Assembly: GCA_021413965.1 (NCBI GenBank) | Contig: JAIOPI010000022.1 | Location: 120,951-184,950, forward strand | Direction of reading: 5' to 3' | Length of the DNA stretch: 64,000 bases | From: Lentisphaerota bacterium | GTDB lineage: Bacteria; Verrucomicrobiota; Kiritimatiellia; UBA8416; JAIOPI01 | Shown: positions 47,383 through 57,301 of the stretch, piece after piece | How the letters are laid out: each line of letters starts with the position of its first letter | Position numbering within the stretch: position 1 is the stretch's first letter | Made by a program: the position numbers and the translations under genes | The notes under the pieces: model-generated | Told to the model about the DNA's origin: nothing | Seen by the model: the letters and a program-made list of their open reading frames with translations, nothing else | Database searches by the model: none

Positions 47383-49095
47383 ATGGCGAAAAAGAAATAC
47401 AGCGGCAGAATTTCGGATATTCTGCTTCAGCGCAAAATCCTCGAATTGGAGACCCTGCAGGATGCCGAGGAAGAAGCGCGCGTTCAAGGAATTCGGCTCG
47501 AGAAGTACCTGACCGAGAAGAAACTCGTCAAGAGCGTCGACATGACGCTCGCGTTGGCCGAGTACCTCAAGATGGCGCCCATCACGCTGGCGCACTTCAC
47601 GCCGGACCCGCAGTTGCTCGAGCTGATTCCCCGGGAGACCATGGCCAAGCGCCTGGTCGTGCCCATGGCGCGCCTCGGACGCAATCTGACCATTGCCATG
47701 GGCGACCCCTTCGACCTCATGGCCATCGATGAAATTGCCACCTTGACTGGGCTCACCATCACGCCGCTGGCCGCCCCGGATCATGAAATCACGCTGGCTT
47801 TGTCCAAGCTGTTCCAGGAAACGTCCCAGGGTTTCGACATGGAAGAGATGATGCGGGAAAGCGAGAGCGACGTCGAAGTTGTCGAGGAGCAGCAGGAAGA
47901 GCTCAGCCTGGAAGAGATGCTGGAGAGCGCCGAAGGTGCCCCCGTCATCCGCATGGTCAACATGATGCTGGTCGAGGCCCTGCGCACGGGAGCCAGCGAT
48001 ATTCACCTGGAGCCCATGGAGAAGAAACTCCGGCTGCGCTACCGCATCGACGGCGTGTTGGTCGAGCGCCCCAGCCCTCCTAAGAATTTACAGGCGGCCG
48101 TCATTTCGCGCGTCAAGATCATGTCCGATTTGAATATCGCCGAGCGGCGTGTGCCGCAGGACGGTCGATTCAACATCAAGGCACTGGGCAAAGAAGTGGA
48201 TCTGCGAGTGAGCATCCTGCCCGCCGTGCATGGCGAGAAGGTCGTCATGCGTATCCTGGACAAATCCGCCTTGTCCCCCAGCCTATCGGCCTTGGGCCTC
48301 GACCCGCAATCGCAGGAAGGCTTGGTATACGCCATCAACCAGCCCCACGGCATTATCCTGGTCACCGGACCGACCGGCAGTGGCAAGACCACGACGCTCT
48401 ACTCGTGCCTCCAGGACCTAAACAAGCCGGACGTCAATATCATCACCTGCGAAGATCCGGTCGAGTATCAGTTGGAAGGTATCAACCAGGTTCAGATCAA
48501 CGCCGACGTTGGGCTGACCTTTGCCGCCGCACTCCGTTCCATTCTGCGGCAGGATCCCGATATCGTGCTCGTCGGCGAAGTCCGCGACGGCGAGACGGCT
48601 GAAATTGCGATCAAGGCGGCGCTTACGGGACACTTGGTCTTGAGCACGCTGCACACAAATGATGCTCCCGGCGCCGTGACGCGTCTGATCGACATGGGAA
48701 TCGAGCCCTTCATGCTGGGATCCTGCCTTATCCTGGCCCAGGCGCAACGCCTGTACCGCAAACTCTGCTCAGCCTGCAAGGCTCCGACGGATATCCCCCC
48801 TGATATTCTCCGCATCAACAGCATCGACCCTGCCTTTTTCGCCGGCGCCACACTGTTCAAACCTGTCGGTTGTCCGCGCTGCTCCAGTGGCTACAAAGGG
48901 CGGGGCGCCATCATGGAAGTCTTGTTGGTCAACGATGCCTTGAGAAATGGCATCCTGATGGGGGCCAACACGTCGGAAATCCGTGAACTGGCGCGTAAAG
49001 GCGGCATGATTACGCTGAAAGAGGCTGGTTTGTCCCGTGCCCGGGACGGATTCACCAGCCTGGAGGCCGCGCTCGAGGTCACCGGCGGCGAGTAA
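47383..49095 (+). CDS. pilB: Type IV pilus / T2SS assembly ATPase PilB (GspE/MshE family)
   Basis: ASDIHLEP, ERRVPQDG, GPTGSGKTTTLY, EDPVEY, LRQDPDIVLVGEVRD, TGHLVLSTLHTN, CxxC/CxxC; start reassigned to MAKKKY. Confidence 0.93.
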   Translation: MAKKKYSGRISDILLQRKILELETLQDAEEEARVQGIRLEKYLTEKKLVKSVDMTLALAEYLKMAPITLAHFTPDPQLLELIPRETMAKRLVVPMARLGRNLTIAMGDPFDLMAIDEIATLTGLTITPLAAPDHEITLALSKLFQETSQGFDMEEMMRESESDVEVVEEQQEELSLEEMLESAEGAPVIRMVNMMLVEALRTGASDIHLEPMEKKLRLRYRIDGVLVERPSPPKNLQAAVISRVKIMSDLNIAERRVPQDGRFNIKALGKEVDLRVSILPAVHGEKVVMRILDKSALSPSLSALGLDPQSQEGLVYAINQPHGIILVTGPTGSGKTTTLYSCLQDLNKPDVNIITCEDPVEYQLEGINQVQINADVGLTFAAALRSILRQDPDIVLVGEVRDGETAEIAIKAALTGHLVLSTLHTNDAPGAVTRLIDMGIEPFMLGSCLILAQAQRLYRKLCSACKAPTDIPPDILRINSIDPAFFAGATLFKPVGCPRCSSGYKGRGAIMEVLLVNDALRNGILMGANTSEIRELARKGGMITLKEAGLSRARDGFTSLEAALEVTGGE

Positions 49096-49212
49096 GCGCA
49101 GTCTGGCATGCTTACTGCTAGGTGGCTGGCGTACCTGCGTACGGCTGACCTAAGTTGGTTTCGCAATTTGTTGGCTCGCCAGGGACAGCCCCAGCGAAAG
49201 GAACGCTTCAGC

Positions 49213-50400
49213 ATGAGTCCTGTAGTTCGCAGCGCCGCCCGCTCGGCAGCCCCCGCCGCAAAGGGCTCTTCCGCATCGACATCCACGAAATCCCCCATGG
49301 CCAAGGGAAAGATGGCTCCAGCCAAGTGGCTGAAGAATCGCACCCGCGTGCCGGGCTCGAAGAAGATCGTCAATGAGCTGCTGCCCGGGTTCTCCCGCCA
49401 GTTCGGCGCCATGATGTCAGCCGGCATGCCCATCGTCAGTGCGCTTGAAGCACAGGAGGAGCAAGCCGATCACCCTAATTTCAAAATCGTCATCCGACAG
49501 GTCCGGTTGGCAATCGAGAACGGCGCCTCCCTGTCTGAGGCCATGCGCCAATTCCCGTCCATTTTCGACGATCTGTTCTGCAATATGATCAAGGGAGGCG
49601 AAAGCGGTGGCCAGATCGCCGAGACCATTCAGCGCCTCGCCGGCTTCCTCGAGTCAAGCAGCCGACTCCGCCGCAAGGTCAAATCCGCCATGATGTACCC
49701 GACCATCGTGCTGTGTATTGCGCTCGCGCTTGCCGTTGCCATGATTGTGTTCATCGTACCCGTATTCGGCAGCATGTTCTCCGACTTTGGCGCGGAACTG
49801 CCGGGCCCCACGCGCGTGCTCATGAACGTCAGCAATAAGGTGCGCGACTACGGCCTCTACTTGCTGGTGATCGTCGTGGGCGCCGTCATTGGCTTCAAAA
49901 AGTGGAAGGCGACGCCGCACGGGGCCTATTCGTTCGATTCGTTTGTCCTGAAGACCCCTGTCTTTGGCGAGTTGACGCGCAAGGTGGCCTCCGCTCGTTT
50001 TGCGCGCTCCCTGGGGGAGATGATCCGTAGCGGCGTCCCTATTCTCAGCGCCCTGGATATCGTGGCAGGCGCCACAGGAAACCTGGTGACGGGACGCATC
50101 GTAAAGCAACTTCGCAAGTCCGTGGAAGTGGGCGAACCCCTTTCATCCGCCATGGCCAACCAGACCGTCTTCCCCCTCATGCTCTATCGCATGTTGCAGG
50201 CCGGCGAGAAAACCGGTCGCATTGACGAAATGATGGACAGCATCGCGGACTTCTACGACGACGAAGTCGAGACCATGCTATCCGGCCTGACTTCGCTACT
50301 GGAACCCCTGCTCATGGTGTTCCTCGGCGTTGTGATTGGCGGCATTGTGCTTTGCATGTTCCTCCCGATCTTCAAAATGGGGGAAATCGTGTCCCGCTAA
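49213..50400 (+). CDS. pilC: Inner-membrane platform protein PilC/GspF
   Basis: FSRQF..M..AGMPI, GESGG, KVKSAMMYP, AGEKTG, LLEP..MFLPIF. Confidence 0.93.
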   Translation: MSPVVRSAARSAAPAAKGSSASTSTKSPMAKGKMAPAKWLKNRTRVPGSKKIVNELLPGFSRQFGAMMSAGMPIVSALEAQEEQADHPNFKIVIRQVRLAIENGASLSEAMRQFPSIFDDLFCNMIKGGESGGQIAETIQRLAGFLESSSRLRRKVKSAMMYPTIVLCIALALAVAMIVFIVPVFGSMFSDFGAELPGPTRVLMNVSNKVRDYGLYLLVIVVGAVIGFKKWKATPHGAYSFDSFVLKTPVFGELTRKVASARFARSLGEMIRSGVPILSALDIVAGATGNLVTGRIVKQLRKSVEVGEPLSSAMANQTVFPLMLYRMLQAGEKTGRIDEMMDSIADFYDDEVETMLSGLTSLLEPLLMVFLGVVIGGIVLCMFLPIFKMGEIVSR

Positions 50401-50493
50401 GCCGCCGCAAGGGAGTGCTCGCTTTCGGCTCTTTACAGAGCGTGCGCGCCCCGATAGATTAAAGCCGCAGAATCGTATAAGTGAGAAACAACC

Positions 50494-51909
50494 ATGGCCC
50501 GTATACTTCTTGTCGATGACGAACCCAGCATTCTCAGCGTCTTGAGCACCTTGCTCAAGGCGGAGGGATATGACGTCGTGGCCGCCTTGGGCGGGGAAAA
50601 GGCACGCGATTGCCTGCGAGGTGAACGCTTTGACCTGATGGTGTCGGATATTCGCATGAGCCCGATCAACGGGATGGACCTTCTCCGCCTGTCCCATGAT
50701 GAGCATCCCGCCATGCCCGTCATCATGCTGACGGCCTATGGCTCGGTTGAGACGGCCATCGAAGCGCTGAAACTTGGTGCATTCGACTATGTCACCAAGC
50801 CTTTCAAGGTGGATGAATTGCTCATTACCGTTCAGCGGGCCCTCGACTACAGCACGGCGCTCTCTGAAAATGCGAATTTGAAGGCGCAACTCGGTACGCG
50901 GTACCGACTTGAGAATATTGTTGCCGAAAGCCCCGCCATGCAGAATGTCTGCGACATGATCAAGCGGGTGGCCCCAACGGATGCCACAGTTCTCATTTAC
51001 GGCGAGAGCGGCACCGGCAAGGAATTAGTGGCCAAGGCCATACATGCGTCCAGCAGCCGCAAGGACAAGAAATTTCTGGCCGTGAACTGCGCAGCTTTGC
51101 CTGAGCCCCTGCTGGAGTCCGAGATGTTCGGACACGTTAAAGGGGCTTTCACGGGCGCTTCTGTTAATAAGGAAGGCCTCTTTGAGGCCGCCTGTGGCGG
51201 AACCATCTTCCTGGATGAAATCGGATCAATGCCATTGAGCATCCAAGGCAAGCTCCTGCGTGTTCTGCAGGAGAAAGAGGTCCGGCGGGTTGGAAGCAAC
51301 GAGAACGTATCGATTGATGCCAGGGTAATCGCCGCCACCAATACCCGACTGGAGACACTTCTCAAGGAAGGCCAATTCCGCGAGGACCTCTACTACCGCC
51401 TCAGCGTCATTCCCATTGAAATCAGGCCCTTGCGAGACCGGCCCGAGGATGTCCTCCCCCTCGTCTACCATGTACTCAAGCAGGAAGCACCCACAGGAAC
51501 CCAACCCCCAACCATTTCCCCCGAAGTGGCCGCCATTCTTGAGTCCTACCCGTGGCCGGGAAATGTGCGCGAACTGGAAAATGCGATTCGTCATGCCATG
51601 ACGTTTGCCTTGGACTCCGTTATTACCCCGGAAGTCCTGCCGCCGAAGATTCGCCAAGCCGCCCAGAAGGCCACTCAGACAGCGGGAACAACGGGATTTT
51701 CTCAGGATGTCATCGATCCGCAGCGCTGCAAGTCACTGAAGGCGTTCTTACGATCTAAAGAGAAAGAGTACCTTCAACAAATCCTCGCCTACACCGGCGG
51801 TGACAAGGAGAAGGCAGCCAAGGCGCTGGACATCAGTCTTGCGACGCTGTATCGGAAACTACCAGACGAAGACGAATCGCCCACCGGCGAATCGTCACCG
51901 GGCAACTGA
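50494..51909 (+). CDS. pilR: Sigma54-dependent response regulator (NtrC/PilR family)
   Basis: REC (LLVDDE, SDIRM), GESGTGKE, GAFTGA, FLDEI, WPGNVRELEN, Fis-type HTH; directly upstream of sigma54 promoter and pilA. Confidence 0.88.
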   Translation: MARILLVDDEPSILSVLSTLLKAEGYDVVAALGGEKARDCLRGERFDLMVSDIRMSPINGMDLLRLSHDEHPAMPVIMLTAYGSVETAIEALKLGAFDYVTKPFKVDELLITVQRALDYSTALSENANLKAQLGTRYRLENIVAESPAMQNVCDMIKRVAPTDATVLIYGESGTGKELVAKAIHASSSRKDKKFLAVNCAALPEPLLESEMFGHVKGAFTGASVNKEGLFEAACGGTIFLDEIGSMPLSIQGKLLRVLQEKEVRRVGSNENVSIDARVIAATNTRLETLLKEGQFREDLYYRLSVIPIEIRPLRDRPEDVLPLVYHVLKQEAPTGTQPPTISPEVAAILESYPWPGNVRELENAIRHAMTFALDSVITPEVLPPKIRQAAQKATQTAGTTGFSQDVIDPQRCKSLKAFLRSKEKEYLQQILAYTGGDKEKAAKALDISLATLYRKLPDEDESPTGESSPGN

Positions 51910-52236
51910 CCCGCGGAGTTCGTCTGTCATCCAGCCCTTCAAGAACTAGCGGTCCCGGGGACCATCCGGCCTGGCGCTGTCTTGCACGCCGATCCCACCT
52001 GACCAAGTTCGGACAGAAATCGAATATTTTGTCCAATATTGCACGCCCATCCGGGGGTGCATTTTGTTCTCATCCTTGAATTCGATATTGTCAATTTTGC
52101 ATTTGTGGCAATCCGTCCCCATCCTGCGAGGATCATGATTGATAAACGCTAGATAATAGCGCGACAATTCAAAACAATGACCCGCAATGTCGTATCATTT
52201 CTGATAATATACGCTTTTCAACTCTGTGGATAACGT

Positions 52237-52252
52237 TGGCACGCGCGCTGCT
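52237..52252 (+). promoter_or_regulatory. Sigma54 promoter of pilA
   Basis: TGGCAC-GCGCG-CTGCT, preceded by about 250 nt of AT-rich UAS-like DNA containing TATCA-N4-TGATA. Confidence 0.8.
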
Positions 52253-52323
52253 ATATACGCCACCGTTGACAGTCACGGTAAACGGGCAACGGTCGCAGCC
52301 CAAAACAAACAAGGAGTAATGCG

Positions 52324-52677
52324 ATGAACAGCAAGAAGTCCGGTTTCACGCTCGTCGAGATCATGATCGTTGTGGCCATCATCGGCCTGTTGGCCGCCAT
52401 TGCCATCCCGTCCTTCATCAAGGCGCGCGCTGAGTCACAGGCGAAGGGTTGCATCAACAACTTGCGCATCATGGATGCCGCCAAGGAGCAGGCCGCCATG
52501 GAGAACGGCTGGTCGACGATCGCGGTCGCGAACAACAGCCCGGAAGAGACGAACGTTCTGCAGTACGTGAAGGGCAATCGCAAGCCGGAATGCCCCGCGA
52601 ACGGCACGTATGCTTGGAACAACATCGGCACGGACCCGACCTGCACGATTACGGCAGCGCCGGCCCACACGCTGTAA
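52324..52677 (+). CDS. pilA: Major type IV pilin (short, PVC type)
   Basis: AAGGAG RBS; KKSG/FTLVEIMIVVAIIGLLAAIAIPSF, CINNLR, CP.NGTY..PTC; has its own promoter and terminator. Confidence 0.9.
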   Translation: MNSKKSGFTLVEIMIVVAIIGLLAAIAIPSFIKARAESQAKGCINNLRIMDAAKEQAAMENGWSTIAVANNSPEETNVLQYVKGNRKPECPANGTYAWNNIGTDPTCTITAAPAHTL

Positions 52678-52697
52678 GTTCTTCAGCTACAGTTCGT

Positions 52698-52735
52698 AAC
52701 AAAGAAAGCAACCCCCGCGGGTTGCTTTCTTTGTT
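52698..52735. terminator. Bidirectional intrinsic terminator
   Basis: Perfect 17-bp inverted repeat AACAAAGAAAGCAACCC-CCGC-GGGTTGCTTTCTTTGTT. Confidence 0.9.
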
Positions 52736-52941
52736 TATAGAAGGCACCGCTTCTCCACCGGTTGGAAATGCGAAATCTGGCGGAGTGGTGCGAACCGTCG
52801 CCGTGAGGGCGAACGTAGAACCGATATATCGTCCGGCCGCTCCGACCGCGAATACGTTCGGCCGAACTATCCAGGGATGAGGTCGCCAAATGGCGGGTGG
52901 GCAGAAAGCGTCTTTCTACAAGGGCGCGCAACAGATCGCAC

Positions 52942-54105
52942 TCAGATCTCCAGGATCCGACTCCCGCCCAGCCCATCATCGCTCGGCTCCAGATACTGAG
53001 TCGTACGGTACTCATTAACCGTATTCAGCCTGCGCAGAACCGCACTTAGCTTCTCCATCGCATCCAAGCTGCCCTGCACAAGTTTGCGCGAATCCGGATC
53101 GGATTTGGCCAATCGATCTTCCAGCAGTTCAAGATTTCCCAGCAGCATGGTCGCGGGCTGGCCTAGGTGATGGCACGCCGCGCCCAGACTTTCCAGCATG
53201 ACCCGCCGGCGCTCCAACTCCCGCTCCGCATCCTCAGCACGTTTACGATCACTGATGTCCATCAGCGAGAACACGCACCCAACGACTTCCCCTTCCGCAT
53301 TCCGGTTGCGTGCGCCCGAGATCTGAACGTCGAACTCTGAGCCGTCAAGCCGGCGAGCCCGCATTTCAATGGCCTTTGTATCCGCATCCCCCTGATGGAG
53401 CTCTTGAATCAGCGCATCCATGCCCTCACGATCCAAGACCAACTCGCTTATGCGAACGCCCAGCAGACCATCGCGCTCGTGGCTCCCCCACATGCGCTCC
53501 ATGGTAGGATTGGCGTATTCCAACCGCCCATTCAAGTCCACCACGGCAATGCCATTACCGCTGTTCTGAAGTGCGTTGTGCTCTGTAATCAACATCTCTT
53601 CTGCCTGCCGCCGCACGGTGATATCACGGATGAAGAAGCACAAGCAGAGGGTACCCAGGTCCAGTTTGCTGACGGCAATCTCCGCCGGAAAATAGGTGCT
53701 ATCCTTGCGAATGCAGTATGCTTGAATCAGCGTGTGCCGCTCATTTTCCAAGTTCTCGCTGACGGTGCGAATGACGCTGGAATCGGTCCCCGAGATGACG
53801 TCAAACACCGTCATCTCGAGCAATTCCTGACGACTGAAGCGCAGGAATTCCTCGGACCTCACATTGACGTCAAGGATGCGTCCCTGGAGGTCCACAATCA
53901 ACGCCGCATCGTAGAGTCGCTGGAGCAGCTTCTGAAAGTGGGACTGATCGCGGTCGGCTTCCTCGCGCGGGCGCCCCGCCGCGGCGCGTGCCCGGCGCGG
54001 TTCTATGACGACACGCTGCCGCTCATTTCCCGACGGCCGACTGGGCACATCCGGAATCAGATCGATTCGCATTGTTCGCGATGAGTTATTCGTCGTATCC
54101 GTCAC
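52942..54105 (-). CDS. Cytoplasmic PAS-PAS-HisKA protein lacking an HATPase domain
   Basis: Two PAS/PAC domains (RKDSTYFPAEI..RDIT; RLDGSEFDV..DISDRK); H-box AACHHLGQP; ends about 60 aa later with no N/G boxes. Confidence 0.8.
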   Translation of the reverse strand: MTDTTNNSSRTMRIDLIPDVPSRPSGNERQRVVIEPRRARAAAGRPREEADRDQSHFQKLLQRLYDAALIVDLQGRILDVNVRSEEFLRFSRQELLEMTVFDVISGTDSSVIRTVSENLENERHTLIQAYCIRKDSTYFPAEIAVSKLDLGTLCLCFFIRDITVRRQAEEMLITEHNALQNSGNGIAVVDLNGRLEYANPTMERMWGSHERDGLLGVRISELVLDREGMDALIQELHQGDADTKAIEMRARRLDGSEFDVQISGARNRNAEGEVVGCVFSLMDISDRKRAEDAERELERRRVMLESLGAACHHLGQPATMLLGNLELLEDRLAKSDPDSRKLVQGSLDAMEKLSAVLRRLNTVNEYRTTQYLEPSDDGLGGSRILEI

Positions 54106-54522
54106 GCTCGCCCCAAAGCTTCACTGGCTGCGAAGTTGCGCGCGCTATTATAGGGACGTCGCCCGCCGTTTGCCCACATCAAAAACGGAGGAGCGTCGGC
54201 TTGCCATGCGTCCGCCCGCCCCTTCGTCGGGCATGCATCTCCTCGCCGGGGCACGTTTCTGCTGGCCGGTCGTGCCACGTTGTGGACCTCGTCGCAATCC
54301 TGCATGATGTCAAAACCCCGGGAACAGAATGGTCTGAAACGTCCGCACGGTTACTCTCCAATTTTCTCAAGCGTGCAAGGCCCTGTGCAACTTATGAGAA
54401 GGACGACGGCGCATTTGCACTTTTTAATTGCCAATGGCCTCAATGAGGACCGCATTTTCTCACTTTCTTGTTGTCTTGCACGGAACTTGCTCGTAGTCTG
54501 ACCACAATCGGTCAACGGAAGC

Positions 54523-55548
54523 ATGAAATCGATAAAAGATGCCTTTGCGCAATTGAAGCACGGTCCCACTGATGTGGTGGGACTAGACGTCGCCAGCAGC
54601 GGCGTGAAGGCCGTTCGGATGCGCAGTCATGGGACATCGGTGACGGTGGTCGCGGCCGGAGTGCTTCCGCCCGTCGCCGTCCCCGAAAAAGCCGACAGCC
54701 CCGTTAGCAGTCTCGACATTCCGGGCAAGCTGAAGGCGCGGTATGCTGCACTCTCGTTCACCGCGCCAGGCGCCATTATCAAACTGCTCAGCTTCCCTGG
54801 CGCATTTGACGAACGCGCGGAAGCCAAAGTGACCGACAGCATGGGCCTCGACGAGCCTGAGCGTTACCGCGTCGGATACAAGGTGATCAGCGAGGGACAT
54901 GGCCGTGCCGAGTCCAGAATTCTAGCAGTAGCCCACGCCGAAGAGGAGGCTTGCCGCATTCCTCAATTGCTGCCTGTGGGCATTCCGGCGCCCTGCTCAC
55001 TGGAAGTTTCCGGCCTCGCAACCATGGCGGCCTTCCTTCACTTCCTCCCGGAAAAAGATCGACACACGGCCGTGGGTGTCATCGACTTTGGCGACACCAC
55101 GACAACCTATGCCCTCTTCAATCGCGGTATGCTGGCCTTGGTGCGTCGCTTCAGTTTCGGGACCAACGCCCTGCTGGAGAAGGTGCAGAGTTCCCTCGGA
55201 GTTGATCGCGAGACCGCCCAGGGGATCATCACGGACGGCTCGTTCGACATTTCCCAATCGCTCAATGACATACTCGACCCCCTGATTAAACAGTTCATGG
55301 TGTCACGCGATTTCGTTGAACGACGGGAGAACTGCCGCATTGCACGGCTGTTCACGTCCGGCGGGCTATCGCGCTCCCACGACGCGGTCGAAGAAATTCG
55401 TTCGTCGATGGATGTGGAACTGGAAACCTGGAATCCGTTCGAAGGACTCACATTGGCCAAGGATGCGATTCCCCCAGAACTGGTCGGGCAAGAGTGGCGC
55501 CTGGCGGCTGCTGTTGGCGCCTGTCTGGCCACATTCGAGGAAGCATGA
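54523..55548 (+). CDS. pilM: Type IV pilus assembly protein PilM
   Basis: Actin-like fold: VGLDVASSGVKAV, VIDFG, TSGGLS, NPF, AAVGACL. Confidence 0.85.
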   Translation: MKSIKDAFAQLKHGPTDVVGLDVASSGVKAVRMRSHGTSVTVVAAGVLPPVAVPEKADSPVSSLDIPGKLKARYAALSFTAPGAIIKLLSFPGAFDERAEAKVTDSMGLDEPERYRVGYKVISEGHGRAESRILAVAHAEEEACRIPQLLPVGIPAPCSLEVSGLATMAAFLHFLPEKDRHTAVGVIDFGDTTTTYALFNRGMLALVRRFSFGTNALLEKVQSSLGVDRETAQGIITDGSFDISQSLNDILDPLIKQFMVSRDFVERRENCRIARLFTSGGLSRSHDAVEEIRSSMDVELETWNPFEGLTLAKDAIPPELVGQEWRLAAAVGACLATFEEA

Positions 55549-56159
55549 ATCTGCGCGTAGATTTGATTCTCGACACGGAAAAGCGCAGCGGCAGTCTGGT
55601 TACGTCCAAGGGGGCCTTGCGCATCCTTTCGGTTGTCGTGCCCGTTATTCTCCTCGGGATTCTTGCCGGCCAGTTCCTTATTGTCAGTCAGCTCAACCAG
55701 GAACTGACCGGCATCAAGCTGACCTACGACAGTGCACTCCCGCAGCAGGAGAAAGCCAAAGCCTTGATCGCTGAGTTTCAGACCCACCGCGATCTGCAGG
55801 CTGAATTTACGGGCTGGAGCCACTCCCGCATGGCGTGGAGTGAGCAACTTCAGGGCGTTATGACCGTCGTCCCCACCAACATCCACCTGCAGGAATTGAC
55901 CAGTGCGCAGACCCTGCAACTGACGAACGACAAGCCGGCGCGCCTCTTCACCTTGACCATGCGCGGAACGGCCGTCAGCTCAGAAGCAGAGCAGAGCGTC
56001 AAGTCGCTTGAATCGAGACTGATCACCGCGCCGGCCTTTACGTCCCTCACCGCCAGCGTCACCGTCCCGGTCTACGGCGCTAATACCGAGCCCGGGGCAA
56101 ATCGCGACGAGCGCGTATTTCAGATTGTTTGCCAGTACGCCCAGCGGGTTTTTCAATGA
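55545..56159 (+). CDS. pilN: PilN-like protein
   Basis: N-terminal VDL, TM, coiled coil, WS..L..V..VVP.NI.L, L.M.G.A; ATGA overlap; position in operon. Confidence 0.75.
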   Translation: MNLRVDLILDTEKRSGSLVTSKGALRILSVVVPVILLGILAGQFLIVSQLNQELTGIKLTYDSALPQQEKAKALIAEFQTHRDLQAEFTGWSHSRMAWSEQLQGVMTVVPTNIHLQELTSAQTLQLTNDKPARLFTLTMRGTAVSSEAEQSVKSLESRLITAPAFTSLTASVTVPVYGANTEPGANRDERVFQIVCQYAQRVFQ

Positions 56160-56818
56160 AACTACCATCCGACCCAAAGGAAAAGATCAAGATCCTGATC
56201 CTGATCGGGATTGGCGCGGTCGCCGTGATCTTCATGCTCGTTTCTTTGGTCGTCAAACCGCTGCGCGCGCGCCGGCAGGCAAATACCGAGGAAATCGCCA
56301 AGGTCAAGGAACTTGTCGATGCCGCCCAGCGAGACGTGAGCCGCATGATGCAGGACCGGGACAAGAATACCCACGTGCTTGAAGATATTGTCGAAAAGAT
56401 CTACCAACAGGGGTACATCCTCCAGCCGCGACTTGGCAACTACGAGTTGGGTGCGCGGGAATATGTGGAGAGCATAGCCGCGTCCCAAGGCATTCCCATT
56501 GAGTCGGCCCGCGAAGTGGGCTTGACGCAGATACCAGTGGCCACCGGACAGAAAGACGAACGCGCCCTGAAGTGCTATACCCTGCGTGTGACCCTGCGCG
56601 CGGGAATGCCCCAGTTGGTGCGGTTCCTCAAGGCCATCGAAGCCGGAAACCCCTATCTCTGCGTCTCCAGCATCGGAATTACCCCCCGCACAGAGGACCC
56701 AGCCCAGCACCAGGTGAGCCTGGATGTGCAGTGGCCTGTCTGGGCCGACCCCGCGACCGGACGCAATCTTGAACAGCGCCTGGACGAAGCGCGCAGTTTT
56801 GTGCCCGCGTCGTCGTAA
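56156..56818 (+). CDS. pilO: PilO-like protein
   Basis: TM, coiled coil, L..FL..IE..N ferredoxin-like core; ATGA overlap; position in operon. Confidence 0.7.
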   Translation: MKLPSDPKEKIKILILIGIGAVAVIFMLVSLVVKPLRARRQANTEEIAKVKELVDAAQRDVSRMMQDRDKNTHVLEDIVEKIYQQGYILQPRLGNYELGAREYVESIAASQGIPIESAREVGLTQIPVATGQKDERALKCYTLRVTLRAGMPQLVRFLKAIEAGNPYLCVSSIGITPRTEDPAQHQVSLDVQWPVWADPATGRNLEQRLDEARSFVPASS

Positions 56819-56826
56819 GGAGTGAC

Positions 56827-57285
56827 GTGATCGCGAACCTCAAGACGAGCATGACCGTGGCTGTGGCACTAGGGATCTTCTCGCTTGGCGCCCACAGCGC
56901 AGAAAGCCAGAGTGACATTGTGCAGGCCGTCTCTGCGGATCCTGCCGCGCTGGATCTTGCGGCCTTGTCCCGCCTCCGCGACCCCTTCTGGCCCATCGGA
57001 TGGACGCCGCCTCCCGTCGAGGATACCAGGAATAGCCAGCCGACCACTCAACTCAAAGGCCCCGTGCGCTGGGAAGAAGCCACCAGAATGCTCGAACCCA
57101 CCGCCCTCACCCAACTGCCCAGCGGACAGTATCTGGCGGTGCTCAAAGGAATTGGCGTCGTTGAAGTAGGCGATAACGTGGCGGTGAAGTACGGTGGACT
57201 GGTCTACCGATGGGAGATCAAGTCTATCACGAGCGAAGGAATCGTTCCCCAGCGGTTGGGTGTGTCTGCGCCGAGGGGAAATTGA
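56827..57285 (+). CDS. PilP-like protein
   Basis: Signal peptide, RDPF motif, small beta domain; lies between pilO and secretin; no lipobox Cys. Confidence 0.6.
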   Translation: MIANLKTSMTVAVALGIFSLGAHSAESQSDIVQAVSADPAALDLAALSRLRDPFWPIGWTPPPVEDTRNSQPTTQLKGPVRWEEATRMLEPTALTQLPSGQYLAVLKGIGVVEVGDNVAVKYGGLVYRWEIKSITSEGIVPQRLGVSAPRGN

Positions 57286-57301
57286 CGACAAGGAGTGAGT
57301 C

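Noticed and set aside
52324-52677. PilA as an electrically conductive pilin linked to the multiheme cytochromes
   Set aside because: Only six F/W/Y residues in about 110 mature residues, with long aromatic-free gaps; unlike proposed e-pilins
54476-54491. Sigma54-like TTGCAC-GGAAC-TTGCT before pilM
   Set aside because: The invariant -24 GG is broken, and an overlapping sigma70-type TTGTCT-17-TAGTCT (54471-54499) explains the region at least as well
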